From a bacterium (GTDB taxonomy: Bacteria > Patescibacteriota > Minisyncoccia > Phycocordibacterales > VMGT01), in NCBI GenBank assembly GCA_023264615.1, contig JAHFLU010000002.1, positions 1 through 39,182 on the forward strand: a DNA stretch of 39,182 nucleotides, written 5' to 3'. The notes under the pieces are model-generated. The model was not told the DNA's origin. It made no database searches and saw only the letters and a list, made by a program, of their open reading frames with translations. Both the position numbers and the translations under genes were made by a program. Positions 1-9,760 of the stretch are shown in pieces (within the stretch, counting starts at the first letter, position 1; each line of letters begins with the position of its first letter).

Positions 1-505
1 TACCGATAACGACATCTGCAATGCTACCGTTCGTTATGAGTGTTTTTGTACCGGAGAGTACCCATGTGTCCCCATCGAGTGTTGCTTTTGCACGAAGACT
101 TGCAACGTCAGAACCGGCATTCGGTTCGGTCATGGCATAACAGCCATAGATATCACCACCTGCGAGCCCCGTGAGATACTTCTCTTTTTGTGCATCGTTC
201 CCGTGCGCAATGATCGGCGCTCCAGCGAGTGAGTTGTTTGCACAAATGATGAGTGCGAGTGCAGGTGACACTTTCGATATCTCTTCAACGACGAGTACGA
301 GAGCGAGTGTATCAAGGCCTGCACCGCCGTACTCGTCAGGGATAATGATACCGAGTAAACCCATTTCAGCGGCTATCTCGATCAATGCATGAGGGAATGT
401 CGCCGTGCTTTCGAATTGTTCAATAGATGGCTCTACTTTCTGTTTGGTATAGTCGCGCACCGTTGTGCGTACTGCTTCATGTTCAGGCGATAGTGTAAAA
501 TCCAT
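1..505 (-). CDS. Acyl-CoA dehydrogenase, N-terminal part (3' end runs off the window)
   Basis: Not in the ORF track because there is no stop in the window. My minus-strand translation from the ATG at 505-503 reads MDFTLSPEHEAVRTTVRDYTKQKVEPSIEQFE...LLGIIIPDEYGGAGLD...CYAMTEPNAGSDVASLRAKATLDGDTWVLSGTK. AMTEPNAGSDVAS fits the acyl-CoA dehydrogenase signature-1 pattern. Confidence 0.85.
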   Translation of the reverse strand, partial: MDFTLSPEHEAVRTTVRDYTKQKVEPSIEQFESTATFPHALIEIAAEMGLLGIIIPDEYGGAGLDTLALVLVVEEISKVSPALALIICANNSLAGAPIIAHGNDAQKEKYLTGLAGGDIYGCYAMTEPNAGSDVASLRAKATLDGDTWVLSGTKTLITNGSIADVVIG

Positions 506-585
506 ATCCCCTTTTCCTTCACGAGAGCTGTCAAAATATGTGAAAAACTTTCTGCCGTGATAGTAGCATTGTTGAGAGAAGAGGG

Positions 586-618
586 CAAAAAAAGATTCCC
601 TCGAAAGTAGAGGGAATC
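586..618 (-). terminator. Intrinsic terminator downstream of the acyltransferase gene
   Basis: 9-bp stem GATTCCCTC / GAGGGAATC (594-602 / 610-618) with a 7-nt loop. On the minus strand it is followed by TTTTTTT (587-593). It lies 8 nt after the stop at 626. Confidence 0.6.
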
Positions 619-625
619 TGATGTC

Positions 626-1336
626 TTAACTGTTAAGTATTGCCTGTGCGAGGATCGCTGATTCTTCTATGCGGTTGGACTCTTCTTCCTGTGGCCTATA
701 GGGAATACCGAAGGAAAGGATGATCTTTGACCGAAAAAATCGTGGAATGGCGGTCCCAATGGGCAACACCTTATCGGCCCCTTCTACCCAGAGCGGAAGA
801 ATGATCGCACCGGTATGTCGTGCAAGAGTGGGCACTCTTGATAGAAATCTGCGGACACGGCGGCCGTCCTTATGTATAAACGTAGTCCCCTTTCCTGTTC
901 GTCCTGCTTCGGGATGAATGATGATCACACCGCGTGCGAGAAGTATATCCGTTAACGCATAAAACGTGCGATTGTTTTTATTCCGCTCGCTTCTATCGAC
1001 CGTAATACAACGCATAAGCCAGAATAACCATCGAAGGCGGGGCGGGAGGAGACGCCTATCAGGCACGCTCCATATAAAGAATCGTAAGAGCACGAGGTTA
1101 AGGGGAAAAAAACTCAAGGGAATGAGGAAAGTTTCGAGCATCGACGGATGATTAGAGGCGATAATAACCTTGCCTCGAGCGACTAAACGCACGGCACGAA
1201 AATAGCCGCGAATGCGTACTCTCCCGAGTGCGAGCAACACGAAGAACAGCAAACCAAGCGGAATACCAATGATAACTGCGGTGACATAATCCAAAACACG
1301 GCGCAGTGCTATTCTGCGAGCATATCTTTCTTTCAT
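626..1336 (-). CDS. Lysophospholipid (1-acyl-sn-glycerol-3-phosphate) acyltransferase, PlsC family
   Basis: 236-aa ORF with an N-terminal TM helix, 'ASNHPSMLE' (an NHxxxxD/E acyltransferase block I variant) and 'IIIHPEAGRT' (a PEGTR-type block III). Confidence 0.7.
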   Translation of the reverse strand: MKERYARRIALRRVLDYVTAVIIGIPLGLLFFVLLALGRVRIRGYFRAVRLVARGKVIIASNHPSMLETFLIPLSFFPLNLVLLRFFIWSVPDRRLLPPRLRWLFWLMRCITVDRSERNKNNRTFYALTDILLARGVIIIHPEAGRTGKGTTFIHKDGRRVRRFLSRVPTLARHTGAIILPLWVEGADKVLPIGTAIPRFFRSKIILSFGIPYRPQEEESNRIEESAILAQAILNS

Positions 1337-1468
1337 CTATTCCCTCCTTTCTAAGAGCCTGTCTGCGATTTTCTTTTGAAAACGTACTCTTATCTGCAAG
1401 AAAAATCAATACATATTTTCACTAAATCTGTGAGACGACCGGCATAAAGGTATGTGCTCACGTAAAGA

Positions 1469-3670
1469 TTACGAAAGGAGGGTACTATCTGTATGAAGTT
1501 CAACAAAGAATGAAGCACCCTTTCCTTCTCCTTGGGATTGTGCCCAGATCTTGCCATGATGGGCTTCTATGATTTCTTTTGCAAGGTAGAGGCCGAGCCC
1601 GCTTCCTTGAATGTTGATTTTATTTGCGTTCTTTTCGCGGCTGAATTTTGCAAACAGCTTTGGAAGTGTTTCTTTATTAAATCCAATGCCGGTATCTCGT
1701 ATTTCAAGCTGGAGCGCATGATCGGTTTCGCGCAGAAGGAGAGAAACAGAACCCTTTGGTGTATATTTAACAGAATTGTCGACGAGGTTCATAATAACCT
1801 GTTTGATTTTTCCCGCGTCTATTTTCACATCATAGTTAATACCCTTTTGTGCCTCGAATTTGAGTTCAAGTTTTCTATTTTTCACGTTTGGTTCCTGTTC
1901 GGCAATGACCGTCTCGACTAATTTTTTGAAATCAGTCATCTGAAAGTCGTACTTCATTCCGCCCTGCTCTATCTTTGAAATATTGAGGAAATCTTCGACC
2001 ATTGAGGCGAGGGCGTTGCTCGACTGAAAAATACGGTCAACAGGTTCCTGTGCTTTTTTGTCAATTTTGCCGTATGTTCCTTCGAGGATAAGGGAGGCAT
2101 ATCCTTTGATTGCGGTGAGTGGGCTGCGTAGTTGGTGTGATGCAAACGAGAGGAATTCAGACTTAAGTTTGTCGAGTTCCTGGAGGCGGGCATTCGCGAC
2201 CGTGAGCTCCATTGTTCTTTTCTTAACTTGCTTCTCGAGCCCCTGGCTGTATTCGAACAATTCTTGCCTCGATTTTTTAAGGTCGCGAGTCATTACATTA
2301 AAGGAAGACGCAAGTTCGCCAACCTCGTTCTTGCTTTTGACCGTAATCGTATAACTAAGATTACCTTTTCCTATTTCTCGCACGCCTTTTGTGAGTTGTT
2401 GTACAGGACTGACAACTTGCGCGGAAAGGAAAACACCAATGACTGATGCGACAAGGATGATGATGATACTTGCAGGAATAATGAGCCTCCAAATTGTATT
2501 CTGAATGGAATTCGAGATATCGTTACGAAGCGTCTCCACAACTTTCAAAACGATCGACTCTTCAACAACGACTGCCATACTAAATTCGGTTTGCTTGAGT
2601 GGTGCATATGCGGTAAAGAGAGATTTTCCTGCCTTGTTTGCAACAGCTTTAAACCCTGTCTTGCCACTTTTCATCTCATCTAAAACAGAAGAAAAATTGT
2701 CCGGCAAGACTTCAGTGGAAAGATTTACCCGCTCATATTCTTTGGCCCGCGGTCTGCCAAGAATATCCTCGTATGCTTTATCAGGAAAAGCAACGGTGTT
2801 TCCCTCTTTGTCGATGAGGAATGCGTACGAGCCTTGAATCGGGCTATAGGCGTTTATGGTAGCGATGATATTAGTGAGGAGAACATCGATAGCAGCTATC
2901 CCGCCGAATCCTTTTTTTGTATAAACAGGTGCTGTGGCGGTGATCATAGGTCCTCTGCCGGCGGCATCGTCATACAACGGCGACCACACGGTCTTTTTTC
3001 CCGGATTATTTTCGGGGGTGGCAGGCAGATAGTAAGTGTCAGCTCGAGGATCGTAGTCTGGTGGACCAAGCTCTCCAAGGACAATATTTGGGAAGTAGCG
3101 GGTTACACCTTTTGTATCAATTGTGTAGATCGCAACGGTATTCGGATTATGCGTGAGCATACTTGGCACAACAAAATCGAGGCCCGCCGTCAGCTCTATG
3201 CTCTGTATCTCATTCTCATCTAAGGAGACGAAAGACGGTATATGAAATGTAGAAACGTCTCCTGTTGCGTTTACGTAAAGACCATTTTTTCGGAGTACGC
3301 GCGTCGTAAAATCCCAGTAATCATGTATGGAAAAAGCAGTGGGATTCTCATAGAGATTTTTTACATAAAACGCAACTGTTTCAGTTCCGTTCCTGATTTC
3401 CTCAAAGAGCGCATCCTGTTGTTTGGACGCGGATGTTATGATCTGGAGGAGAAGTTCTTCTGATTGTTGCCGCAATGTGGTGCTCGTAGAATTGGCAGCA
3501 TCATTCCCGGCTATTTTGGTGGAAGAAACACCGATAGCAGTTGTTGCGATGATGGTTACAAACGTTAATCCAAGTATGTAGATTATTATTTGTTTTTTAA
3601 GGCTGCGAAAGTGCATAAGTATCCCGCATTGTGAAACACGGTTTGTTGATGGTACCCTACAGTACCTCAT
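1469..3670 (-). CDS. Sensor histidine kinase (TM, Cache-like extracytoplasmic domain, TM, HAMP, HisKA, HATPase_c)
   Basis: 733-aa ORF. H-box 'FASHQLRSPLTAIKGY', N/G boxes 'NLVDNSVKYT' and 'DTGIGF...GSGLGLYLAKEI', a HAMP-like segment after the second TM, and a periplasmic part with Cache-like 'AFLIDKEGNTVAFPD'. The true start is probably the internal Met 'MHFRSLKKQ' at 3616. Confidence 0.85.
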   Translation of the reverse strand: MRYCRVPSTNRVSQCGILMHFRSLKKQIIIYILGLTFVTIIATTAIGVSSTKIAGNDAANSTSTTLRQQSEELLLQIITSASKQQDALFEEIRNGTETVAFYVKNLYENPTAFSIHDYWDFTTRVLRKNGLYVNATGDVSTFHIPSFVSLDENEIQSIELTAGLDFVVPSMLTHNPNTVAIYTIDTKGVTRYFPNIVLGELGPPDYDPRADTYYLPATPENNPGKKTVWSPLYDDAAGRGPMITATAPVYTKKGFGGIAAIDVLLTNIIATINAYSPIQGSYAFLIDKEGNTVAFPDKAYEDILGRPRAKEYERVNLSTEVLPDNFSSVLDEMKSGKTGFKAVANKAGKSLFTAYAPLKQTEFSMAVVVEESIVLKVVETLRNDISNSIQNTIWRLIIPASIIIILVASVIGVFLSAQVVSPVQQLTKGVREIGKGNLSYTITVKSKNEVGELASSFNVMTRDLKKSRQELFEYSQGLEKQVKKRTMELTVANARLQELDKLKSEFLSFASHQLRSPLTAIKGYASLILEGTYGKIDKKAQEPVDRIFQSSNALASMVEDFLNISKIEQGGMKYDFQMTDFKKLVETVIAEQEPNVKNRKLELKFEAQKGINYDVKIDAGKIKQVIMNLVDNSVKYTPKGSVSLLLRETDHALQLEIRDTGIGFNKETLPKLFAKFSREKNANKINIQGSGLGLYLAKEIIEAHHGKIWAQSQGEGKGASFFVELHTDSTLLS

Positions 3671-3760
3671 TAGTGTATCAATACATTAAAGTATCAACAA
3701 ATGGTATAGTAGTGTGTACGGGAATGGATTGGGAGGTAGTATGGTTATAACTTTCTCCGT

Positions 3761-5071
3761 ATGCATAGTGAAAAAAAAGAATTAACTTTTTTCGATAAGC
3801 AAAAAGAAACGATCCCAACAGAGGAACTAAAACGTCTTCAGTTGGCAAAATTAAAGGAAACGGTTACGTTTGTCGCTGATACATCTGCGCTGTACAGGAA
3901 GAAAAAAAAACTGCTCAAGAACGATGCCAAGTTTCATTCCTTTGATGATTTTTCGGCCAAAATACCTTTCACCACAAAAGAAGATCTTCTCAAGAGCGAA
4001 ATCTACGAAAATCTTTGTGTTGATAAAAAAGATATCATAGAAGTACATTTTTCTTCCGGAACGAGTGCGAGGCCGGTACATTCTTTTTTAACGAAGAAAG
4101 ACATAAGGGAAGCGAATGCATACCTTGCGCGAACATGGTACATGCAGGGCATTAGGGCGGAGTCCACGTTTGGCATGCTTGCTTCGTACGGATTATTTTC
4201 TGCAGGGCTCCTCAATCACTATGCTATTCAAGAGATAGGGGCTTTTGTTGTTCCTATTGGTGGTTCTTCCCCACTAAAAATCCTCGATATTTTTCGTAAC
4301 TTTTCTGTTGACAGCTGTGCTGCTGTCGCGAGTTATTACCCGTACTTGATAGCTGTTGCGAAGGAGAACGCTATTCGGCTTGACGGGTTGGGAATTCACT
4401 CCATTATTGCGGGCGGTGAACCTTTTTCTGAAGATGAAAGGTGCTATATAGAAAAAGAATTTGGTGCTACGATGTACAGCCAATACGGGCTTTGTGAGAT
4501 TAACACGGGCCTTGCGGGAGAATGCGGTGAAAAAAATGGACTCCATATTTTGGCAGACTATGCGTATCCAGAGATTGTCAATGCAGCAACGGGAGAAAGT
4601 TTGGCAGAAAATGAAGAAGGAGAACTTGTATTAACGACACTTCATAAAGAAGCTTCCCCGCTTCTTCGCTATCGTACGGGTGATATAACGAGTATTACGT
4701 ATGAGCCGTGCAGGTGTGGACGGACGATGCCGAGAATAGCCCCCATTAAACGGAGAGTGACTGATGTACTTTTCTACAAGGGTGTGAAAATAGAAAAAGA
4801 GTATGTTGCTAAACTTTTAGCAGATTTAAAAAAGTATGTAAATGCCTATATTTGGCAAATGGAAGTCAACTCTCTCGGAGGTCGCGATGAAGTACTGTTG
4901 AAAGTTGTTTTTGAAAAGGAAGGTGAGAAAAATAGTGACCATATAGGCGAATCTCTACGAAATAGTTTAGGTTTTAAACTAAAAATAAGAGCATTTACAA
5001 TGGAGGAACTAAATCAGCTCGGAAACTCAAAACTGAAGAACTTTGTTGACAAGAGAAAAATAAGTACGTAA
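3761..5071 (+). CDS. Phenylacetate-CoA ligase (PaaK) / coenzyme F390 synthetase-family adenylate-forming enzyme
   Basis: 436 aa. Collinear PaaK landmarks: 'LKRLQLAKLKETV', 'IPFTTKEDL', 'FSSGTSARP' (AMP-binding SSGTTGKP variant), 'YGLFSAGL', 'LLRYRTGD' and 'CRCGRTMPRI..IKRR.TDVLFYKGV'. Confidence 0.8.
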   Translation: MHSEKKELTFFDKQKETIPTEELKRLQLAKLKETVTFVADTSALYRKKKKLLKNDAKFHSFDDFSAKIPFTTKEDLLKSEIYENLCVDKKDIIEVHFSSGTSARPVHSFLTKKDIREANAYLARTWYMQGIRAESTFGMLASYGLFSAGLLNHYAIQEIGAFVVPIGGSSPLKILDIFRNFSVDSCAAVASYYPYLIAVAKENAIRLDGLGIHSIIAGGEPFSEDERCYIEKEFGATMYSQYGLCEINTGLAGECGEKNGLHILADYAYPEIVNAATGESLAENEEGELVLTTLHKEASPLLRYRTGDITSITYEPCRCGRTMPRIAPIKRRVTDVLFYKGVKIEKEYVAKLLADLKKYVNAYIWQMEVNSLGGRDEVLLKVVFEKEGEKNSDHIGESLRNSLGFKLKIRAFTMEELNQLGNSKLKNFVDKRKIST

Positions 5072-5129
5072 TTTGTCTACGTAAGAACCTATTCATACTG
5101 TAATTGGTCAATAGGTTCGAATATCGAGT

Positions 5130-6518
5130 ATGTTTCCTAAAATTCTTAAATCGCTCTTGTCGGGAAATGAAATAGTGGGATACGATCAAAAAGAGATTAT
5201 ATACCCCTATTCTGGCGCGTCCTCGTGCTTTTTTGAATATGCTCGCGCCATTTCGATACAACCATTTGCAGCACCCGACGAATTATCTGTTTTTCGTAGC
5301 GATCTCTCCGTTGCAGCTCGTTCTCTGCATTCGCGGCTTGAGAGAGAAAAGGATTCGATTCTTAGAACAGTGGCCGATGAGACAGGAAGTCCTATTACAT
5401 ACCACGCTGAAGACATGGAGGGTGCCTGTATTTTCTTAACGAAACTTTCCTATTTGGAGAAACTTTTACCGAAAAAATATCTTTCCGAGCCAAAAGGAAA
5501 TGTGCTGTTGAATCTTTCTGCGAACGAGCCGATAATCGTGACGACCATACTTACCCTCACCGCTCTCTTTCTTGGCAATACAGTTTTCATAAAGCCGTCC
5601 TCAAAAACGCCATCGTATGCTTATTTTCTTGTAAAGGAACTAACAAAGAATCCGGCCTTGAAAAACAGGGTTCATTTTCTGCTCACTGACAGAGAAGAAA
5701 TAGAGCGACTCATTAGAGCAAAATCGTTTGATTTCGTACTTTCTTTGGGAAGTAGCGCAACAAACAAAAAATTAATGGTTTTGTGTGCGGAGTGCGATAC
5801 AGAGTTTCTGCCGGAAAGCGAAGGTAACGATTGGTGTTATGTTGACCGAAAAAGCGGTTCGCTTAAAAAAATAAGCTCAATCATTGCTGAATCATTTACG
5901 AAACATAACGGACAAATGTGTAATGCGGTGCGTGGTATTATGGTGCACGAAGAAGTGTATGATGTGTTTCTAGAACTTTTAAAAAAAAGAGTACGTTCTT
6001 TTTCTGTCGGGTCTCCGCGGCTTTCTACAACGCATATCGGAGCACTTCTTCAGGGGACACAAATTCAGGCGGACAATCTTGTGCGCGAAGCGGGAGAAAG
6101 AGCCGAAGAAGTATGGAATTATTCTGTAAAAAATAACGTAATCAATCCGACGTTAATACTCAATCCGGACGAGCAAACACCCATACTATCGGAAACTGTT
6201 TTCGCACCGGTACTTTGGATAAAAAAAGTAAGAGATCACGACCAAGCAATATCTTTTTATCAGGAAAAAAATATGCATGGCCTTGGATTTTCACTATTTT
6301 CTTATAATAAAAAAGTGGTGGATGATTTTGTCCACTGTATTCGAGTGGGGAGAATAAACATAAATAAACACCCACTAAAAACCGGACTTTTTGATCCGTT
6401 AGGTGGGATACTCTTAAGCGGACATGGCGGCCCGAGGCACTGGGTTGAACGATTTTCTAATAGAGAGTTTATCAACCGATTTTTTCCAAAAACAAGAAAA
6501 ACATCACGGCGAGCGTAG
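5130..6518 (+). CDS. Aldehyde dehydrogenase superfamily protein (possibly CoA-acylating / acyl-CoA reductase type)
   Basis: 462 aa. 'ALFLGNTVFIKPSSKTP' (NAD-binding KPSE-type block), 'ESEGND' (ELGGK-type Glu block), 'HNGQMCNAVRG' (catalytic Cys block GQxCxA) and 'ETVFAPVL' (EE.FGPV-type). Confidence 0.75.
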   Translation: MFPKILKSLLSGNEIVGYDQKEIIYPYSGASSCFFEYARAISIQPFAAPDELSVFRSDLSVAARSLHSRLEREKDSILRTVADETGSPITYHAEDMEGACIFLTKLSYLEKLLPKKYLSEPKGNVLLNLSANEPIIVTTILTLTALFLGNTVFIKPSSKTPSYAYFLVKELTKNPALKNRVHFLLTDREEIERLIRAKSFDFVLSLGSSATNKKLMVLCAECDTEFLPESEGNDWCYVDRKSGSLKKISSIIAESFTKHNGQMCNAVRGIMVHEEVYDVFLELLKKRVRSFSVGSPRLSTTHIGALLQGTQIQADNLVREAGERAEEVWNYSVKNNVINPTLILNPDEQTPILSETVFAPVLWIKKVRDHDQAISFYQEKNMHGLGFSLFSYNKKVVDDFVHCIRVGRININKHPLKTGLFDPLGGILLSGHGGPRHWVERFSNREFINRFFPKTRKTSRRA

Positions 6519-6526
6519 AGCCGTCT

Positions 6527-6736
6527 TTAATCTATAAGCTCTGCCCACCAAATGGAGACTTGAACGATAAGAAAGCAGAGAGCGTAGAGGGGTGAGAGAA
6601 GGGCAAAAAGCATACGCGTTTTAAAGGTGCGTTTTTCAAAAAGCCCTGCCCACCAGTCCCATGTTGCAGCAACAAAAAAAGCGACGGGGATGAAAACAAT
6701 CCAGAGAAGAACATAGAGTGTACGCCGAATAAACAT
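6527..6736 (-). CDS. Small two-TM membrane protein, unknown function
   Basis: 69-aa ORF with two hydrophobic helices (LYVLLWIVFIPVAFFVAA; MLFALLSPLYALCFLIVQV). No motif recognised. Confidence 0.4.
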   Translation of the reverse strand: MFIRRTLYVLLWIVFIPVAFFVAATWDWWAGLFEKRTFKTRMLFALLSPLYALCFLIVQVSIWWAELID

Positions 6737-6756
6737 AGTGATGTTGTATGTGTGTT

Positions 6757-7767
6757 TTAGGTATGTGCACGGGGAGCAGTGATCTGACCTTTTGGATAGC
6801 CGAGGCGAAAGAAAAATTGCGGACGCACATGCGGTATCCCGAGTATTTTTTGCAGCTGCACAGAAGATTCACCGATTTGGATGGCGGCAGTCATGGGGTC
6901 GGTTGACATATGATGGTCAGCGGCCTCAAGCGCGAATCGCTCAAACATTTGTCCCGCTTTTACCCAATATTCGGGTGTATCCTGTGATGTGCTGATAACC
7001 ACAAATATTGGGGTATGTTCGATGAGAAGGGCGCGGTCTGCTTTTTCTCGAAATCTGTTGATGTTAAAAAAGTTGCCGACGAGTGGCGCGAGTTGTGCAA
7101 GAAAGCTTTTGTCGAATGCGGCCATGCCAAGGGGCGGTTCATCCGTATTTTTTTTGAGATAGTGCGCTAGCTGTTTCTGAAATTCCGGATCGTCGAGTGC
7201 AGCAATTTCTGCTTGTATGATGAGGTCTGCAACGAGTCCTCTTTTTGCCGGTTCAGTGATGATGTCGAGACGAACACTATCGTTGCTCATCTTGTGCAAT
7301 TCTGCAAGCAATACGGAGTCGGGGAGGTCTTTTTTATATTCGCCGCGATGTATCTGCGGACGCAGAATAGCTTCGATAAGCCTTGCAGCATTCGTATCGT
7401 TTTCTGCAGTACCCGGGGCTTTTTCTGTACATTCGATGTCGAGATCTTCTGTTCCTGCTGTACTGCCGATGAGGTAGGTAACATGGGTACTATAACCGAA
7501 ATAGGCTGCAGCGATGAGAATATTTTCGAGAGCTACGCCCATGCTGATATGAAGTTGTCGATGTTCCACATCGCTTATTTCAAGTGCGCGGGAGAGGTCA
7601 GGAATGAGACGGATAGTGTTGTTTGTGATCGTGAAATTCCACGGCTCCTTATTGTGGCTTGATGGTGCAAAGACGGCATAGCGTACAAGGAAACGCAGCC
7701 TCTGCTCATTCCCCGTGAGGGCGTTGAACATCTCGCGGCTGATATTCAATGATTTTTCGTCGGGCAT
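6757..7767 (-). CDS. Nitroreductase-family FMN oxidoreductase (long, Acg-like two-lobed type)
   Basis: 336 aa. The N-terminal 'RYAVFAPSSHNKEPWNF' resembles the nitroreductase FMN-binding start. The length fits the duplicated Acg-type architecture. Confidence 0.6.
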   Translation of the reverse strand: MPDEKSLNISREMFNALTGNEQRLRFLVRYAVFAPSSHNKEPWNFTITNNTIRLIPDLSRALEISDVEHRQLHISMGVALENILIAAAYFGYSTHVTYLIGSTAGTEDLDIECTEKAPGTAENDTNAARLIEAILRPQIHRGEYKKDLPDSVLLAELHKMSNDSVRLDIITEPAKRGLVADLIIQAEIAALDDPEFQKQLAHYLKKNTDEPPLGMAAFDKSFLAQLAPLVGNFFNINRFREKADRALLIEHTPIFVVISTSQDTPEYWVKAGQMFERFALEAADHHMSTDPMTAAIQIGESSVQLQKILGIPHVRPQFFFRLGYPKGQITAPRAHT

Positions 7768-7827
7768 GTGTCCTCTATTTTTACAGACAGAGCTCTTATT
7801 TGCAACGAGCGCGACGGAAGAGGGGGT

Positions 7828-8373
7828 TCACGTATAGCTTCTGCGCATTGAAACAAGGCAGACAACGAGAAGTGGCGCGAGGAGCGCGAAAAAGTAAATA
7901 TAATGTTGTGTGAGGTAGAAAGTCACGGTGGGAGAGAACTGGTAGAAAAAGTTGACCGGTATGATATTTTGTGTGAGCGTAACAGAAAGAAGTGAAGCGC
8001 TTACGGAGAGAAGGATGACCTCGATGCCGGTTGTAATTTTGCCATAGGCGTACTCGATGCGAAACACACGGCGCAGCGCAATGAGAGCGGTGATGAGAAG
8101 AATGCTAAAGATAATCACGCTTGCAAGCGTGAGCGAAAGAGAAAAACGCTCGATAAAATCGATCATAGGAAAGAACGTGTACAGGAGCGATGCGACATAA
8201 AGCGCAAGGATGACAGCAATAGTTTTACCTTTGCCAAAAAAGAAAGCATACATGCCGAAGAAAAGAAGCACTCCCGCAATCACAAGCATGTCATGCGGAA
8301 ACGATGTGACGGCAGCGACAGTTGTTGTTGCAAGGGCGGTTACTTGGGTGGCAAGTGAGTTCATAGAAAACAA
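7828..8373 (-). CDS. Polytopic membrane protein, unknown function
   Basis: 181-aa ORF with about 5 hydrophobic helices. No motif recognised. Confidence 0.55.
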   Translation of the reverse strand: MFSMNSLATQVTALATTTVAAVTSFPHDMLVIAGVLLFFGMYAFFFGKGKTIAVILALYVASLLYTFFPMIDFIERFSLSLTLASVIIFSILLITALIALRRVFRIEYAYGKITTGIEVILLSVSASLLSVTLTQNIIPVNFFYQFSPTVTFYLTQHYIYFFALLAPLLVVCLVSMRRSYT

Positions 8374-8408
8374 AGGACAAGATTACAAGATGCGGGGGTT
8401 GAGCAGCA

Positions 8409-9476
8409 TTATATCCCTTCCTCCTTTAGATCTTCAACAATACGCTTCGCTTTCTTTGATAGATTGTTGGGGAGCTGAATATGAAGCTTTACGAGTAAAT
8501 CTCCGCGCTTGCCGCGCTCAATAGGTACGCCTTTGCCGCGGATGCGTAAAATTTCCCCAAAAGATACGGATTCAGGAATTTTCAATTCTATGTCTCCGTC
8601 GAGGGTTTCGATAGTATAGGTACCGCCGAGGAGTGCATCGCTTAATTTTATGCCGAGGTCAGTTACCAGATTCGTCCCCTCTTTTTTAAATTTTGGATGC
8701 GGCTTGACGTGGATTTTAATATAGAGATCTCCGGGAACACCGCCAGGAACCGCTTCACCCATACCAGTCATGCGAATCATCTCGCCATTGTCTATGCCCG
8801 CTGGAATAGTAACCGATACATCGTCTTCTTTTCGTACGACGCCGATACCGCTGCAGGTCTTGCATATCTCTTTTGGAACCCGGCCGGAACCATGACAGAG
8901 GTTGCAGGCGCGTGTGCTGGTAAACGAGCCGATGAAAGATCGCTTGGTTTCGTGTATTTTTCCATTGCCGTTGCAGGTCTTGCAGGTGATCATCTCACTT
9001 CCCTTTTTTGCACCTGTACCCCTGCACTCGTTGCATTGTCCATTTTTGGTAAGAAGAATACTGCGGCTGGTGCCAAATATAGCGTCTTGGAAGAGGATTT
9101 CAATATCGATCGAGATATCGCGCCCGCGTTTTGCCCGGGGTTGCTGTCCTCCGCCAAAAAATTCGCCAAAGATGTCTCCGAGGTCAAACCCTTCAAAACC
9201 GCCATTTTGGGCGAATTGTGAAAAATCGAAACCGCTAAAACCGCTTCCTGCCGGGCCCGGTCCCCCATCGTTGAAGACACGCCCATAAGCATCGTACTCT
9301 TGCCGTTTCTTATCATCGGAGAGGACACTGTACGCTTCACTTGCTTCCTTGAATTTCACTTGATCCCCGCCTTGTTTATCGGGGTGGTACTTATGCGCAA
9401 GCTTTCGAAAGGCTTTTTTAATCTCCTCCTTACTTGCATTTTTATTGATACCAAGTATCTCGTAGTAATCACGCAT
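8409..9476 (-). CDS. dnaJ: Molecular chaperone DnaJ
   Basis: J-domain 'DYYEILGI...[10 protein letters not shown]', a G/F-rich linker, and four CxxCxGxG zinc-finger repeats ([32 protein letters not shown]). Confidence 0.95.
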   Translation of the reverse strand: MRDYYEILGINKNASKEEIKKAFRKLAHKYHPDKQGGDQVKFKEASEAYSVLSDDKKRQEYDAYGRVFNDGGPGPAGSGFSGFDFSQFAQNGGFEGFDLGDIFGEFFGGGQQPRAKRGRDISIDIEILFQDAIFGTSRSILLTKNGQCNECRGTGAKKGSEMITCKTCNGNGKIHETKRSFIGSFTSTRACNLCHGSGRVPKEICKTCSGIGVVRKEDDVSVTIPAGIDNGEMIRMTGMGEAVPGGVPGDLYIKIHVKPHPKFKKEGTNLVTDLGIKLSDALLGGTYTIETLDGDIELKIPESVSFGEILRIRGKGVPIERGKRGDLLVKLHIQLPNNLSKKAKRIVEDLKEEGI

Positions 9477-9711
9477 ATTGATGAAGTAGATTAAGTCAAA
9501 AACGTTAAAAGATACTGTTTTTTATATAGCAATTGAAGCGCTCTGTCAATTGTTCGTGTGTTTTGTTAATTATAAAATAGCCCCCACAGCATGGCTTTCC
9601 GAACTTAGTCCATATAGGGAATATATCACAATCAGCATTGAAGAATTACGCTCCTTCGCTTGAGCAAGGATCTAAATTTGATTTGAATGGGAAATATCGC
9701 TCTGTTAAAAC

Positions 9712-9739
9712 ACAAAAGGTGGCTTTTACCACCTTGTGT
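9712..9739 (-). terminator. Putative terminator after the giant surface-protein gene
   Basis: AAGGTGG (9716-9722) / CCACCTT (9729-9735) stem, extendable to ACA...TGT. On the minus strand it is followed by TTTTGTGTTTT. It lies about 25 nt after the stop at 9761. Confidence 0.45.
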
Positions 9740-9760
9740 CTTTTCCGCGCACTCCGCACG

